From assembly GCA_964247055.1 (NCBI GenBank), contig OZ176051.1:7750001-7814000 (forward strand): DNA of 64,000 bases, written 5' to 3'. Position 1 is the stretch's first letter, and every line of letters starts with the position of its first letter. Source of the stretch: Paragordius varius (Eukaryota > Animalia > Nematomorpha). Positions 10,910 through 24,224 of this stretch are shown piece by piece. Position numbers and translations under genes: made by a program. The notes under the pieces were generated by a model. That model did not search any database. It was not told the DNA's origin and saw only the letters and a list, made by a program, of their open reading frames with translations.

Positions 10910-12620
10910 TTATTCTTTGGTATATTTTTTGTTTGAGTGAATGCGTTTTAGCAGATTGTCATCATTTTTTAAAATATTGTAGAAGTCACAAGAATTTGTC
11001 AAATTATATTTGACAGATAAAACGGCCTTTAAAGTAACAACATTTAAATTTGATTTTTCCGATGTCCACACCTGATTTACTGTGGAAAAAACGAGCTCAG
11101 TAGCTGCGTTGGTTCCAGGTAAAGATAGTGCGATTTCCACAATTTTTAAAATATTATTGTATGTAATATAGTTGGCTTCAAAATGATGAAATATTTCCAA
11201 CCATTTCTTTTCTAGTGTATATTTTCTTTTGTCCATAATTTAAGTTTTTCAATATTAATATATCTTTTAACTAATGATACTTCAGAAAAAAGATCATTTT
11301 CTGAAAGATTACCTTTTGATAAATTTTGGGAGCAGATATAATCAAATGATTTTTGAACATCGCACCAATTAAATTCTGATTTAATGTTATCCAATGAAAA
11401 TGATCAATTTCAATGAATTGGGTCGTCCAGTCTTCCAAATAATCTTTACAGTTTGTATAAAACATTTTTAAATGGTACAGGATATCTTGGCGATTTTTTA
11501 AGCCTTGTTTTTCTAAATTATATATTATATTGCGGATGGTTAATAGTATAAAATTATTTTCTAACCGTTCTTGACATTGGAATATTAGGTTACTAACTTC
11601 ATTGGCTACTTCGATTGCCGAAATTTTGTCACCTTCTATAAATTTAATAACATTTTGAAAGAGAGAAGCTTGATTATGTAAGACTAACCATATTTTTGAA
11701 CAATCACTTTCAAAAAACTTTTTTAAAGTTGTAGGACATTTGTCCTGTGATAATAAAAAAGATTTTAAAGGATCATACATTTTTAAAATTCTTTCGATAA
11801 CTGGCATAAAAGCTAACCAACGAGTTTTACAATATCCGAGCATTTTTTGATATTGAACTTCTGCATTTTCACAAAATTCTTTAAGCGTTTTAACACGTAC
11901 CTGTATATATAAAAATAGGAATATATTTAACTACATTTTCTACATCTAGGGGTAACAAATCAGCAGCTGTTTGAATAGCGTTGTGTATTATATGCGCTGC
12001 ACACCCAACGCCAATAATGTATTAATGAAGATTATCTGCTAATTTATGAAAAATATTTTTTGTTCCCCTCCTTGCTTTTCCACCATAGTTCATATTGGTG
12101 TTGTCAGCGCAATATGCGATAATCTTTTAAATTATTTTTTTCTAGAATATGCATTATTGAAGTAAATATTCTTTCGGAATTTTCAACGTGTAGAGATATT
12201 AAATCTAAAATTGTAATTTTTACTCCGGTTTTTGAATCTAAATATCTTATTAAAGTGGGAGATAATTTTGTTTCATGGTGATTGATGTATCAGAGTTTAG
12301 GGATAAAAAATTAATTTTCAGCAAATCTTTTGTATTTCAGAAAATGCATGTGAGGAAAGGACATTGCACACAATAGCTTCAGCCTTTGTACGGGCACATG
12401 TAAATTTTTTATGGAATAACGTGCGAATAAGTGAGGTACAGTCCATAGATCTAAACGAATGATTGTGATTAACAGCGTGAAAACGCCCTCAGCTAGTGCC
12501 AAATTCTTTACTTCTTCTCCAAAAGCGGTTTTTCGAAAAAAAACGCTCATTTTGTAAGATGATGCCGCCATATCTCTAAACATTTTTTATGTTTCTGTGT
12601 TTCCATATGCTTTGTAATAT
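10910..12620 (-). pseudogene. hAT transposase pseudogene (frameshifted)
   Basis: LAEGVFT...HSFRSMDCT, GCAAHIIHNAIQTAADLLPLDV (CxxH), YCKTRWLA (RW motif), LSLPGTNAATELVFSTVNQVWT (hATC dimerization-like). Confidence 0.85.
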
Positions 12621-13319
12621 CATGCTTGCCGCCATGTGCTAGGGTGAATTCCCCCTCGCATATGAGACATTTAACAGATGATTCATTCTTCGTTTTTTAA
12701 ATAAAAGGAAAATCTTTCATTAATTTATCGTTAAATTTACAACCTCTTTTTGTGCTCATATTTATAAACTACTATTAATATATTAAATATTATATTACCT
12801 TAATTTTATGAAATAAACGTGTAAGGTACCGATTTGTGGTATCAATTTGTCTTTTAAGCTACAGATTTATGGTATTAATTTGGCTTTTTAATAAATGTTG
12901 GCAAGTGATAAAACTAAAATATTAGTATAGCAAATATTATAATACCTTAATTTTCTGGAATAAACATGTAAGGTACCGATTTGTGGTATCAATTTGTCTT
13001 TTTATCTAGAGATTTGTGGTATTAACTTGGCCTTTTGAGAATGATGACAGTAGTAGTAGGAAGGAAAGTGTATAATCATATGATATAAATTCGAAAAAAA
13101 TAAATATTAATTTAAAAATAAAAATTTTTTTTTAAAATTTATATAGATATTGAAAATATTTAATGATAAAAAATTTAAACGGATAAAAAAAATTATTTGT
13201 ATTAAAAAATTTTTTTTATATAATCGTGAAAAAGCGGGACATTTTAAAAAAGTAGCGGGACGCGGGACAAAGTGTGAAAAAGTGTGGTCCCGCCAAAAGC
13301 GGGTCGTCTGGTCACCTTA

Positions 13320-14840
13320 CATATGCAGTAAAAGATTGTTAGTGCAAAATAAAATAAAAAACACTTTTTAAAATTAGTGAATCATAATTTTTCAAATATC
13401 TTATAAAAAAAATGTTAAATTTCATGGTAGAATTATACATTCGTGATTTAAATTATGGAACTGCATAATAAACACAAATTATACAAGATCTTTATTTAAA
13501 TTATTACTTGATTTTCTCGATCTATTAAAAACTGAATATGGGTGAGATGAAAAATAAAAGGATTTTAAAAATTTGGAGTTTTTTGTAATTAAAAATAAAT
13601 TACAAAAGTTTACTTGTTAAATGCACTATTTATATTATTTATTATTAAACGACACCTTTTCTTTTACACAGATTCAGGAAAAGATTTTAAACACATTAAC
13701 AATGATGTTTTCTTAAATGTGCAACAATATTAAAAACCATTTGTTATATAATAAATATTTATTAATGTTGTGAAATAAGTATAAAATTTAAACAATAAAT
13801 CTAATGCAACATGTTAAATAATATTTGATATATTTCTATGTGTATTTTCATTAAATAAATGTTTTTTCTGTAACGCAACTTCTGTCAATATCTTGTGTGA
13901 TTTGTTTGCCGATTGGGCCCCTTCCAACTTGTCGATATGGCTTTAGATTAAAACCTGTTTCGTCCAGATAAAACATCTTTTCCCAAGGCATATCTTTTGC
14001 CCTTAAAGCGTATTTGTATCTATCTAAGTATATAAAACAAATACCTTGTTTCTATGGTTGAAAGGGAATTTCTATTGATTGGCTTTTTGTATATTCGTTT
14101 TATATTGTATTTAATATTTTTTAGTATTTTGGCTAAGGTTGATCTCCCAACTTTAACCTCATCTGGAAGACGGCTTATTATATCTTCGTATGTGACTTGA
14201 CAATCTTGATCAATAATTTTTTTAACAATATTTATTAATTTTGGATCATTCCATTTGCATTTTGGCCCTCTTTTCTCCATCGTAAACTCATTATCATTCC
14301 GTAGATATCTCAAAAATTTATAAATGTGCTGTTGTTTCAACCCCAGTCTAAGGGCTATATCCTTCACTGAGAATTCGTAAAAATTTGGCTCAGAAAAAAT
14401 TCGATATGCCTCATTGATTTTTTCAGTGGTCCAAAAGCAATATTCTAAAACATATTAACTGCTAAACTTTTAGATTTCTTAATTTTTTTTGTAGTTTTCA
14501 CAACATTAAATCTTCTAGTAACGTTATCTAAATTGGATATATTCTGTAATACATTTCTAGAAGTATCAATTTGTTGAATATTTGGTATTGTGGCTTCATT
14601 TTCCTCTGAGTATTCATAAACATTTAATAAATTTTCAATAAAAAACATCATATATATTTCACACAAAAATTTTATAAGCTTTCAACAACCAAATGTGCCG
14701 ACCAAATGTCCTCAATTTTCATATTTTGATTATCATTCAATCTTATTATAAACATATCCATAATATCCCCCTGTTTTTTTTAAAAAAAAGTGTTTCTTAT
14801 TTTATTTTGGACTAACAATCTTTTACTGCATATGCTACTG
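13320..14840 (-). mobile_element. IS630/Tc1-type transposon, copy 2 (no Helitron insert, left TIR missing its first bases)
   Basis: Colinear with 6045-8864 minus the Helitron; right end ...TGCATATGCTACTG followed by TA at 14841-14842. Confidence 0.85.
13851..14651 (-). CDS. IS630/Tc1-like transposase N-terminal half, copy 2, spliced model
   Basis: Exons 14651-14468, 14444-14045, 14019-13851; GT-AG gaps 14467-14445 (23 nt) and 14044-14020 (25 nt); exon lengths identical to copy 1 (184/400/169). Confidence 0.65.
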
Positions 14841-15123
14841 TAATTTTTATAAAAAAAATGCACATTTGGTTATTTTATATCACAACGGTTTCTTTGTGAT
14901 CTTTCTTTATTTTGTCCACTAAAGTTTGTGATTTTTTCCTATATAAGAAATATCAACCATGATTTTGTTCATTTTTTTTAAATTAATTTTTATTATCTTA
15001 TATTATATATATTTTTCTTAACTAATCTCCTATTGATGCCTATGGCGAAAATTTGAGAATTAATAAATTATATTTTATTTTTGCGTTATTTTACTACGAT
15101 TTCAACATCATTATTTATGGTAA

Positions 15124-16211
15124 TCTATATATTTATAAAAATTGAAAGTGGTAGCTTTGTGATCTGTTTCCGGAAAACCGATAGACCGATTCAAATCCAA
15201 ACGAAAAAATATAATCATTATTGAATGCCCCGACAATAGCTTCGCGCTTTTTTTCAAATAGGCCCACAGGTCGGGCCCACCCCGTGTGAAAAACAGGTTT
15301 TTTGAAAACAGAAGTCCACAAAAATCGTGTCTTTGAGTCAATATTTCTGAGAAAGTGTTGGACCATTCAATTTCAAATATGATTTTTGTTTAGTTATTTT
15401 CGATTGCGCCGAACATAGTCGTCTCGTTTAAACCCTCTTTTTACCCGCTCCCCTCGTAAAATGCCATTTTTTTCAAAAAAAATAAGTCCACAAAAATTAT
15501 TTTTTTAATCTATTTTTCGCCCAAGGTATGAGACTGTAAAAATTCAATAAGGATTCCAGGTATTCCCTGTTAAAAGGCAAAAGTTTTAGTCAAGCGTTTC
15601 TTTGATGATAGCTGCTGGGTAAGGAGCTACCCGTTAAAAACTCATCCGTCATGTGGCTTTGTGATCTGTTTCAGGAAAACCGGTTGACCCATTCAAATCC
15701 ATATATCGAAAAAATATAATCATTAATGAATGCCCAGACAATAGTTTCGCCCATTTTTTTGAAATAGCCCCCAGGTGTGAAAAACGGGTTTTTTTGAAAA
15801 GAGAAGTCCAAAAAAATCGTGTCTTTGAGACAATTTTCCGGAGAACGTGTTGGACCATTCAATTTCAAATATGATTTTTGTTTACTTTTCGATTGCGCCG
15901 AACATAGTCGGCTCGCTTTTTTAATTTGGGTCCTCTTTTTACCCGCTCCCCCGTAAAATGCCATTTTTTTCAAAAAAAAACAAAATCCACAAAAATAATT
16001 TTTTGAATCTATTTTTCCCACAAGTAAACAATATATTAGTATGAATGCACCGTTTTAAAATTCCTATGAGATGATATTTATTAGATAATGTTACGAAATA
16101 ATCCACATATGTGGATCATTTTATTGTCCCTTTTTTCTAATAGCCCCCCCTCCCCTCCCAGAAGTCCGAACGACTTCCTCAAGCTGCGTAGCAGCACGAG
16201 ATTTACGCTAG
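15124..16211 (+). mobile_element. Non-autonomous Helitron with internal tandem array
   Basis: A|TCTATATATTTATAAAAA at 15124; poly-C, hairpins and CTAG|T at 16208-16212. Confidence 0.8.
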
Positions 16212-17541
16212 TATATAATATTTATAATTTTAACATACTTGCCATTGAGTATCAATAAATGCATATTTTATTGGTTGTTTATTATTTTGGTGTCTTATTT
16301 CATAAATTTTGGTTGTAAATGTTCAAAATAACTACCGTAAAATTGAAATCAGTAACAAAAAATGATACATTATAAGCAAAAGACTTGGGTGTTATCGATT
16401 TGCAAGTTTACACCTGCAGGCTTAACTGTACATGCCTCAAATGCCATGCTTTTGCAAGTCAAGTGCGACTTTTCTAACCCCTTAAAATATAGATTTTAGA
16501 AAATGATAAAATAAAAATAATGGTTATATTTTTACTAGGTAATTTTAATATTATATCTTTGTTTTAGTTCATTCATTCAAAAAGATAATACCATGTTATG
16601 TATCGAAAGTTTTCGATATAATTGAATTTATTTAATTTACTTAATTTTACAATCTTTTATCTGTTTTTAAAAACAGTTGTAATATGGTCAATCTCAAGAA
16701 ATAGCGAATTTGAGCTTATGAAATAAAAAAATAATTAAAGATTATCAATAAAATGTTTTTTATTAATTTTTAATTCTCCAATACCTCTATTTATTGGTAA
16801 TTATTAAAAATATTTATCGGTGAGACACCGTCACAGAGAACGTGACAGGGCCAACTAGCAAATTTAAAAAAGCTTTCAGGACATATTTTACGAGCAAAAA
16901 TTTGATTAATTGACTTTAGTAGCTGTCCCAATTTTAGAGTCTGGGAGTCACAAAACCGTAAGAAATATAAAATTTTTTATGTAATACATGAGAATGTTTG
17001 ATCAGTAATTTTAACTAATATAAATTCTAAAACTGTAGTTTTGGAAACGTTCAACATCATCGAATTATGCATAAGAAGTGTTTTTGTAAAATCTTGAAAT
17101 TTATCATTCCGTTTCCATCATACCTCATAATAGTAAAAAGTACACTTAAAATTTTTTTGCCCATTTTGAAAAAAGTATTGCATTTTTTTAAAATTTTTAG
17201 TTAATATCAAAATTTAGCTATTTTTCGATTTTTCCCGCAATATCGGTATTTTTGCGTATAATTTAAGAAACGCCCATTTTAGAAGAGCGTACAAATTTAA
17301 GACTTTCGGAGCTCATTCTTAAAAATTGTAATATAAAAATTTTATTTGCTTTTAATAGTAATTCATAATATATTGAGGTGATTTTTTTGGTATGAGACAT
17401 TTAGCCTAAAAATAATTATTCAAAAACGTGCTCTATTTTGCCATTTTTTATATTGAACCTTACGACAAAAGTGTTAAAAACTTTCTCTAGTTGTAAATAC
17501 CAAAACTAAAGGGACTATGATAATTCTGACACATTATCCCA

Positions 17542-17544
<3 letters not shown>

Positions 17545-17586
<42 letters not shown>
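17545..17586. repeat. (TA)n microsatellite (others near 2439, 21701, 25370, 29443, 41320, 42871, 43559)
   Basis: About 21 TA units read directly. Confidence 0.95.
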
Positions 17587-17587
<1 letters not shown>

Positions 17588-18801
17588 CACTGTGTGCAAA
17601 AAAGAGGGTCATTTTGATTTAACGAAAAAATTTTTTTATCATGAGATTGCCTAGATCAGCGTATTCTTTTGCCGCAAAAATTTTTAATTGTTGACAATTT
17701 AGTTTTTGAAATATTGAGAGAAAATCGAAATCGGGCAAAAAGTGAAAATTAATGATAATTAAGGATAATTTAAAAAATACTGATAAAATCTGAAATATTA
17801 TGGTTTATTATCATTTGAGATATTTTCAATATATAAATAGCCTAAAATCATATAGTTAGGGTTTCTATAAAATTTCAGGTCAAAAGATGGCGTTCTTCTT
17901 TTATCACACTTAAAAGACAAAAAAATTAATGAAACTATATTAAAATAATTTAATTTAATTATTTACTACCTAAACTCACTATTAAAATACATTAATATTT
18001 TATTCGGTAAAATAAACTCTAAATCAACCAAAAATATTGTTTTTTTTGCATTTTTTTTCTCATCTCGTTTATGAGTATAAAAAAATTTGCACTGTTTTAT
18101 TTTGGATTCTTACATGATTGGGAATCATTAAGTATATAATTTATGCAAAATAGGATTTAAAACTAGTGGAATATCAACCAACAATTCTTATAATTTCCTG
18201 TAACAAGTCTGTGTTATGACAAATTAATAATTGTATTGGGATTTGTACGGATTGTTGGTTGATATTCCACTTTTCAATCCTATTTTGCACAAATTTTATC
18301 TTTAATACAAAAAAGAGTATAAATTTTTCATACACTCATAAAAAAATGCAAAAATAAAAAACAATATTTTTGGTTTTATTTTGATATAAGTTTATTTTCC
18401 TGAATATGAATGTTAAGATTTTAATAGTTAGTTTAGGTAGTAAATAATTAAAAAAATTATTTTATTATAGTTTCATTAATTTTTTTGTCTTTTAAGTGTG
18501 ATAAAGAAAAACGCCATCTTTTGACCTAAAATTTTATACCCTAATTATATGATTTTAGGCTATTTATATATTGAAAATATCTCCTAAAATGATAATAAAT
18601 GATAATATTTCAGATTTTATCATTATTTTTTGAATTATCCTTAATTATCCTTAATTTTTACTTTTTGTCCAATTTCGATTTTCTCTCAATATTTCAAAAA
18701 CTAGGTTGTCAACAAATAAAAAGTTTTGCGGCAAATGAATACGCTGGTCATAAGCTATCTCATGAAAAAAAATTTTTTCGTTAAATTTTTTTTGCACATA
18801 C
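17588..18801. mobile_element. Foldback / long-TIR non-autonomous element (~1.2 kb imperfect palindrome)
   Basis: Arms of ~600 bp are reverse complements along their length (e.g. GGTCAAAAGATGGCGTT / AACGCCATCTTTTGACC; GTGGAATATCAACCAACAAT / ATTGTTGGTTGATATTCCAC) around a ~50 bp centre. Confidence 0.85.
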
Positions 18802-19165
18802 TTAATATTATCAGGATACATTTTTGTTTGCGTATGTTAAGCTAATTTTCTAAAAGTTTTATTATAATTTTAAGACTTTAAACCAAAAGCTTATTTTATT
18901 CTTCCATAAATACCTAAATTATATTTCAGGATATTTTTGCATGCACTGTGTTTTTGTATCGATTATGTGAAACCAACCTCGTAAAATAGCAGATTATATT
19001 ACATTCCGACCATGCTTTAAATATTTTTCTGCTTAAAAAATTTATTTATTGTTATTGTTTCATAATTTCCTATAAAACAGTTTATCAAATTATAGTTTTA
19101 GCACACATATGTCCTTTCATTTTCTCACTATGTCATATACGTATTAATTTTTTTTTGGTGGACAG

Positions 19166-22100
19166 ATGCACGGACACCGCAAGCATTTTCCGATCGGGAT
19201 TAAATGGTATTTTCAGAAATGTTATGCTAAAAATGAAATCTTGTTTAAGGATAAACATGACCATCTTTACGATTCTGCCGTAGATAAGGAAAATCAACAA
19301 TATAATCCTGATAATGAATCTGAGACCTTAATTCCTATAGAGAATGAAACACGATCTCCGAAATTTACTCCTGTAATTAATAACTTAATACATCATAAAT
19401 TCCCCACATTTATACTACTTTTAACGTTTGTCATATACACGGGGTATCACGCATCTCGGAGACCTATTAGCGTGGTTAAATCGGTTCTGCATCATCCCTC
19501 CAACTGTTCATCATTCGTAACATTATCTCCGTCATCGGATAATCCTACCCCTTATCCATATGCTAACAACAGTTTATGTGTCGATTGGCCACCCTTTGAT
19601 GGCCCAAATTATAATCGATTGTTTGGAGCGCTTGATATGGCTTACTTATTTTCCTATGCTATTGCCATGTTTGTTTCTGGTCATTTGGCTGAACATAGTC
19701 ATTTGCGATATTTCTTAACATTTGGAATGATTCTAAGCGGTTTGTCTACCGTCGTGTTTGGGGCCGGATATTTTTTTAACATACATTCCATATTATTTTA
19801 TTTCGGGATCCAAATTATTGGTACTTCTTATATTAATCAATAATGTCACTTATGATTTTTATGCATAAACTTTTATATTATAATTTCTGATAAATACACT
19901 CGTTATTTTTTTATTAGAATACTTATTTAAACATGGTATTATTATAAAATAAAAATTTATTGTTGTATACTCAACCAAGCTGCCTTTTGTTTAAAATTTT
20001 ATTAATAGGTGGAATATTTCAATCCTCTGGGTGGCCTAGCGTAGTCACTTGCATGGGTTATTGGTTTGGAAAACGGAAAAAGGGGCTTATATTTGGCATT
20101 TGGAATTCACACACTTCCGTTGGAAATATATTAGGTACACTTTTAAAATTTTTGCTCAAAATTTGTACAAATTTCAAATATATCATAATTCAAAAACGCC
20201 AAATTCGCCCTAAATATAAGGCTATATAAAAAAAACAAATATTTTGTTATATTCATTTTATAATGCTTTCTCCTTTGTCTTTTCCAATTTACTTTAATTT
20301 ACTTTTTATATTTAATTTTGAATATGTGCATATGTACAGGTAGCCTTCTTGCATCCATTTGGGTTAATTATGCTTGGGGCTGGTCTTTTGTAGTTCCTGG
20401 TGCTTTACTTATATTACTTAGTGGGGTTGTGTGGATGTTTCTCATCCCTTCGCCCGAAGAATTTGAGGAAGCCCTTGTTATCCATTGTGCCAAAAATCGC
20501 CAAGAACCGAATGATTTTGCCAGAGTGTTGAATGCTGATAATTATGAAAAAAATAAGGATCACACACCTATTATGGAACATGCTGAAATTCCCACCTTGT
20601 TTGCTACGCACAAGAGTTTAAATGGTAATGCCAAACAACATACCTCAAATCGACATCATAGCAACAATGGTATTGCACCAGAAAGCTATATAGCTGAAAC
20701 AGGTAAATATAGGTTTTGTTACACCTCTAAATGTCTGGACTACTTCTTTAAAATATTTTATCTTAATTTATAATAATAGAATAGCAGCTAAATCATACAT
20801 AGTTTTTTCTAGGGTACTAAATTGATTTAAATTCAGTTACTTTGGTTATTTTTATAATTCTAATATTTCGTGTTTTTTGATTTTGATATTTGATAGCTTT
20901 TTGACTTAATATATAACGGTTAACACTTACGATCTTATTCCAAGGTCCTTATCTAGACATTTGGTAATGTTGAGGTTTAGTATTTTTATGATATTTAATT
21001 AATAAATTCTAATTTTTGGCTATTTAGATGGTGATGGATTTGTTAATGAAAGATCGGATTTACTCAGAACAAGGTAATATCATATTTTACCCAGCTTTTA
21101 TTGGGTTTAATATAATAAATTAATAAATCAATAAATCTTTTTGCATTTTATGACGCTGCCATTTTTATTTAATATATTTCAATTTACATATAATACGATT
21201 TTTTTATAGGTCTACCGACAACATTGGTAATCATGCATCTTACGCTGGACCCAGTCACACACCTATGCCTCTTTTAGCTAAAAAACCGATTGGTTATATA
21301 TGATTATAAAGATTTTATTTTGCAATACAAATAATCTAAGTTTTATACTTTAACTAAAGTTTTTTGAACCTGTATTGTATTGTATTGAATATGATTATTA
21401 TTAAATAATTTAATGTGTAGGTATTGGGAATGCCTTACGCGTACCAGGTGTTTTGGAGTTCTCTTGCTGTCTGTTCTTTGCCAAGGCCGTGAGTTATACC
21501 TTTCTGTATTGGTTACCGAATTATATTACGGCCTCCTCTGATTTAGATCCGGCTCAAGCTGCCAAACTTGCGAGCGTTTTTGATTTTGGGGGTATTTTGG
21601 GTGGCATTATTGCAGGTAGGGATGATATAATAACAACTATTATGTTTTTAAATAAATTTATTATATTAAGTTTTGGTCCAAATGAGATAATTTATTTAAA
21701 TATATATATATATATATATATATTGAAATTTTATATACAGTCATGAATCCTTTATTTTATCAAAAATTTATTTCTTGTTAAATGGATATAAATATTTGAT
21801 TAAGAAAGGAAAAAACAAGAGTTCTATGGTAATTCTTATATTTTTTGATAAATATGATACTGTTACATTATAGAGCTCTTGTTTTTCCATTCTTTACCAA
21901 ATATTTACCCATTTAACGAAAAAAAAATAATTTTTTAATAAAATAAAGGATACATGCCTGTATTCCGTTTTTGATTTCACTTGATTACAACAATGGTTTT
22001 TATAATTTCTTATTTTAATAGTGTTGAGATTTAAATTGCCTATCATCACCTTAAATAGTTTTCTTTGACAAATTGGGATTTCATAAATGTTGTAATTTTT

Positions 22101-23097
22101 ACTAAACAAAAAAATTATTTTTATTTTTTGGGTATGCATTTTTATGTTGATTTGTATAGATTTGTGATAAAAATGTGTTTTTACTAAATTTATTTATAAA
22201 TTTAATCATATTTGATTTTGCAATAAAGGTTACATTAGTGACAGAACGGAGGCTAGTGCAACTGTGTGTGCCCTTATGTTGGGATTATCTTGCCCACTAA
22301 TATATTATTATCACATATATGGACATATCGATTTCACAATTAATGTTATCCTCTTATTCATAAGTAAGATATAAAGTTAACAAATAACGGGAATCAGATT
22401 TAGTTTAAAAAATCTTAGTTTTTACAGGATTTTATTAATATAAAAATATAAAGATGAATAATTAAAAAACCATTTTTAAAACTTGATTGATAACTATATG
22501 AAATTGGGTGATATATATTTACATTTCTATACTCTTTATTTCGCAACCCCGAACGAGAGTTTATTTGAAAACGAAACACAAGGTTTTAAATATTTGACTC
22601 TTTTATAAATATATTTGTGGCGTAACTGTTTATGTTTTGTTTTTTATAAAAAAAAATTTTACTAATTATTTAGCGGGTTTATTTGTAAACGGTCCATACG
22701 CCCTTATAACAACGGCCGTTTCAGCTGACTTGGGAAACAAAATTGGAAAGTCTCAACATGCCAAAGCTTTAGCTACGATCACTGCCATTATTGATGGATC
22801 CGGATCTTTGGGTTTATATTGATTATTTTGCATATTAATTTACTACATTTAGATATTTATATCAGACTGTTTTCAAAACTTAGGTCTTTATAAGAAAAAA
22901 ATAATTAATGTATAAATATTATAATTATAGGAGCCGCTTTGGGTCCCCTTATCGCAGGTTTAGTCGCTTCGGATTCTTGGTGGAATGTATTTGCTATGCT
23001 CATAATTTCTGATATTTTTGCCATCATATTTTTAATACGATTATCTTTCCGTGAAATGAAACTAGCTTACCAATTACAAAAGGAACGAATTGTATGA
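19166..23097 (+). CDS. SLC37A2: Sugar phosphate exchanger (MFS, SLC37A1/A2-like), 635 aa
   Basis: Exons 19166-19820, 20009-20134, 20340-20702, 21028-21073, 21210-21292, 21421-21615, 22229-22363, 22674-22811, 22931-23097; all GT-AG, phases consistent, 1908 nt. Motifs YHASRRPISVVKS, QSSGWP, GIWNSHTSVGNILG, VPGVLEFSCCLFFAKAVSYTFLYWLP, NGPYALITTAVSADLG. Confidence 0.92.
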
Positions 23098-24224
23098 ATG
23101 ATAAAACCCCATGAGAATTAAAATATTTCTATTGCATTACTTAATGGAATTATTAACGTTATGTGTGATATCATAAAGTTCTTTCCATTCTTTTCATTCT
23201 TTGATGATATTACATTGGCTAAAACCTCATACTACTTTTTGCATCGATTTAATTAATATAATGGTATTTGCTGCAATGATTTATAATTGGTTATTATATT
23301 ATTATTATTATATATTTTATTGTTTGTAAAAACACAACAAATGGATTATATCAAATTTTTATAGCTAACTAATACATTTTTATTTTCATAGTAATTATAA
23401 ATATTTATTATATTTATTTACAACGCAAAATGAACCAAAAAATAAATAATTTTGAAATATTTATACACGAAACGATGCGATTTGTTTGTTTGAAATTTAA
23501 AATCTACCAAATTAGATACGTAAATTTTCAGAACCAAGCTGAAAATATAACAAGTTAAACAACTCTATATAAATTGTTTATTTTAATTGTCAAAAATATA
23601 ATTATAAACGAATTTTTTTACTGCTAAAGCTGGCTGTTAAACAATATAAAAAAACTGATGACATCCACTCATTCTTGGTTATAAGATAATACAAGGTTCA
23701 ACCTTTAAATAAAAATGGAAACTATAAATCTTCCATTAGTTTTTAATGAATAAACTAATGTTTCATAATGTCAAATTCTAATAGATTTAGTATATTAATA
23801 TTTCGAAAATTTCTAATTTGCTATCAGATTGGTTACTAATGTTTTTTCAAAAACTCCCATTCTATAATGCACAAAATCGGGGCCTACTTGATGATATATT
23901 TGTATTCTTATAGATAAATGTATCAGGATTTTCATAGTGTTTTTGTTTTTGCGCATTACGAGTAATCTTAAAAAGATAAAAAAATATCTAAATTTGCGTA
24001 TATTTGCTTGAAATTTGTTTGTTAGTTATCATTTTATTACCAAAATATAAATTATCTCTGATTTTCTAGATCAAAACTTTGACTTATTTAGAACAATGTT
24101 TGGGCCCAAACCCAAATTCTTGGCCTCTATAATGTGCTAGCTTTTTCAAATAGTATATTCGATTGGCTATAAGTTTTAATAAATGGTATATGACATTAAA
24201 ATAATTATAAATAAATATTTTGTT

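Larger units (their letters stand above)
9891..13319 (-). mobile_element. hAT DNA transposon, degenerate
   Basis: TIRs TAAGGTGACCAGA / TCTGGTCACCTTA; subterminal GCGGGAC repeats; flanking 8-mers match only 5/8 (CTTATACC vs CATATGCA). Confidence 0.8.

Noticed and set aside
11271-12583. hAT transposase frameshifts as further micro-introns
   Set aside because: The one I traced in detail (11880-11940) is explained by single-base indels without GT-AG borders; the others were not shown to have such borders either.
9883-13327. Clean nested insertion of the hAT into the left TIR of Tc1 copy 2
   Set aside because: The 8-mers match only 5/8, and the missing first bases of the TIR are not present left of 9891.
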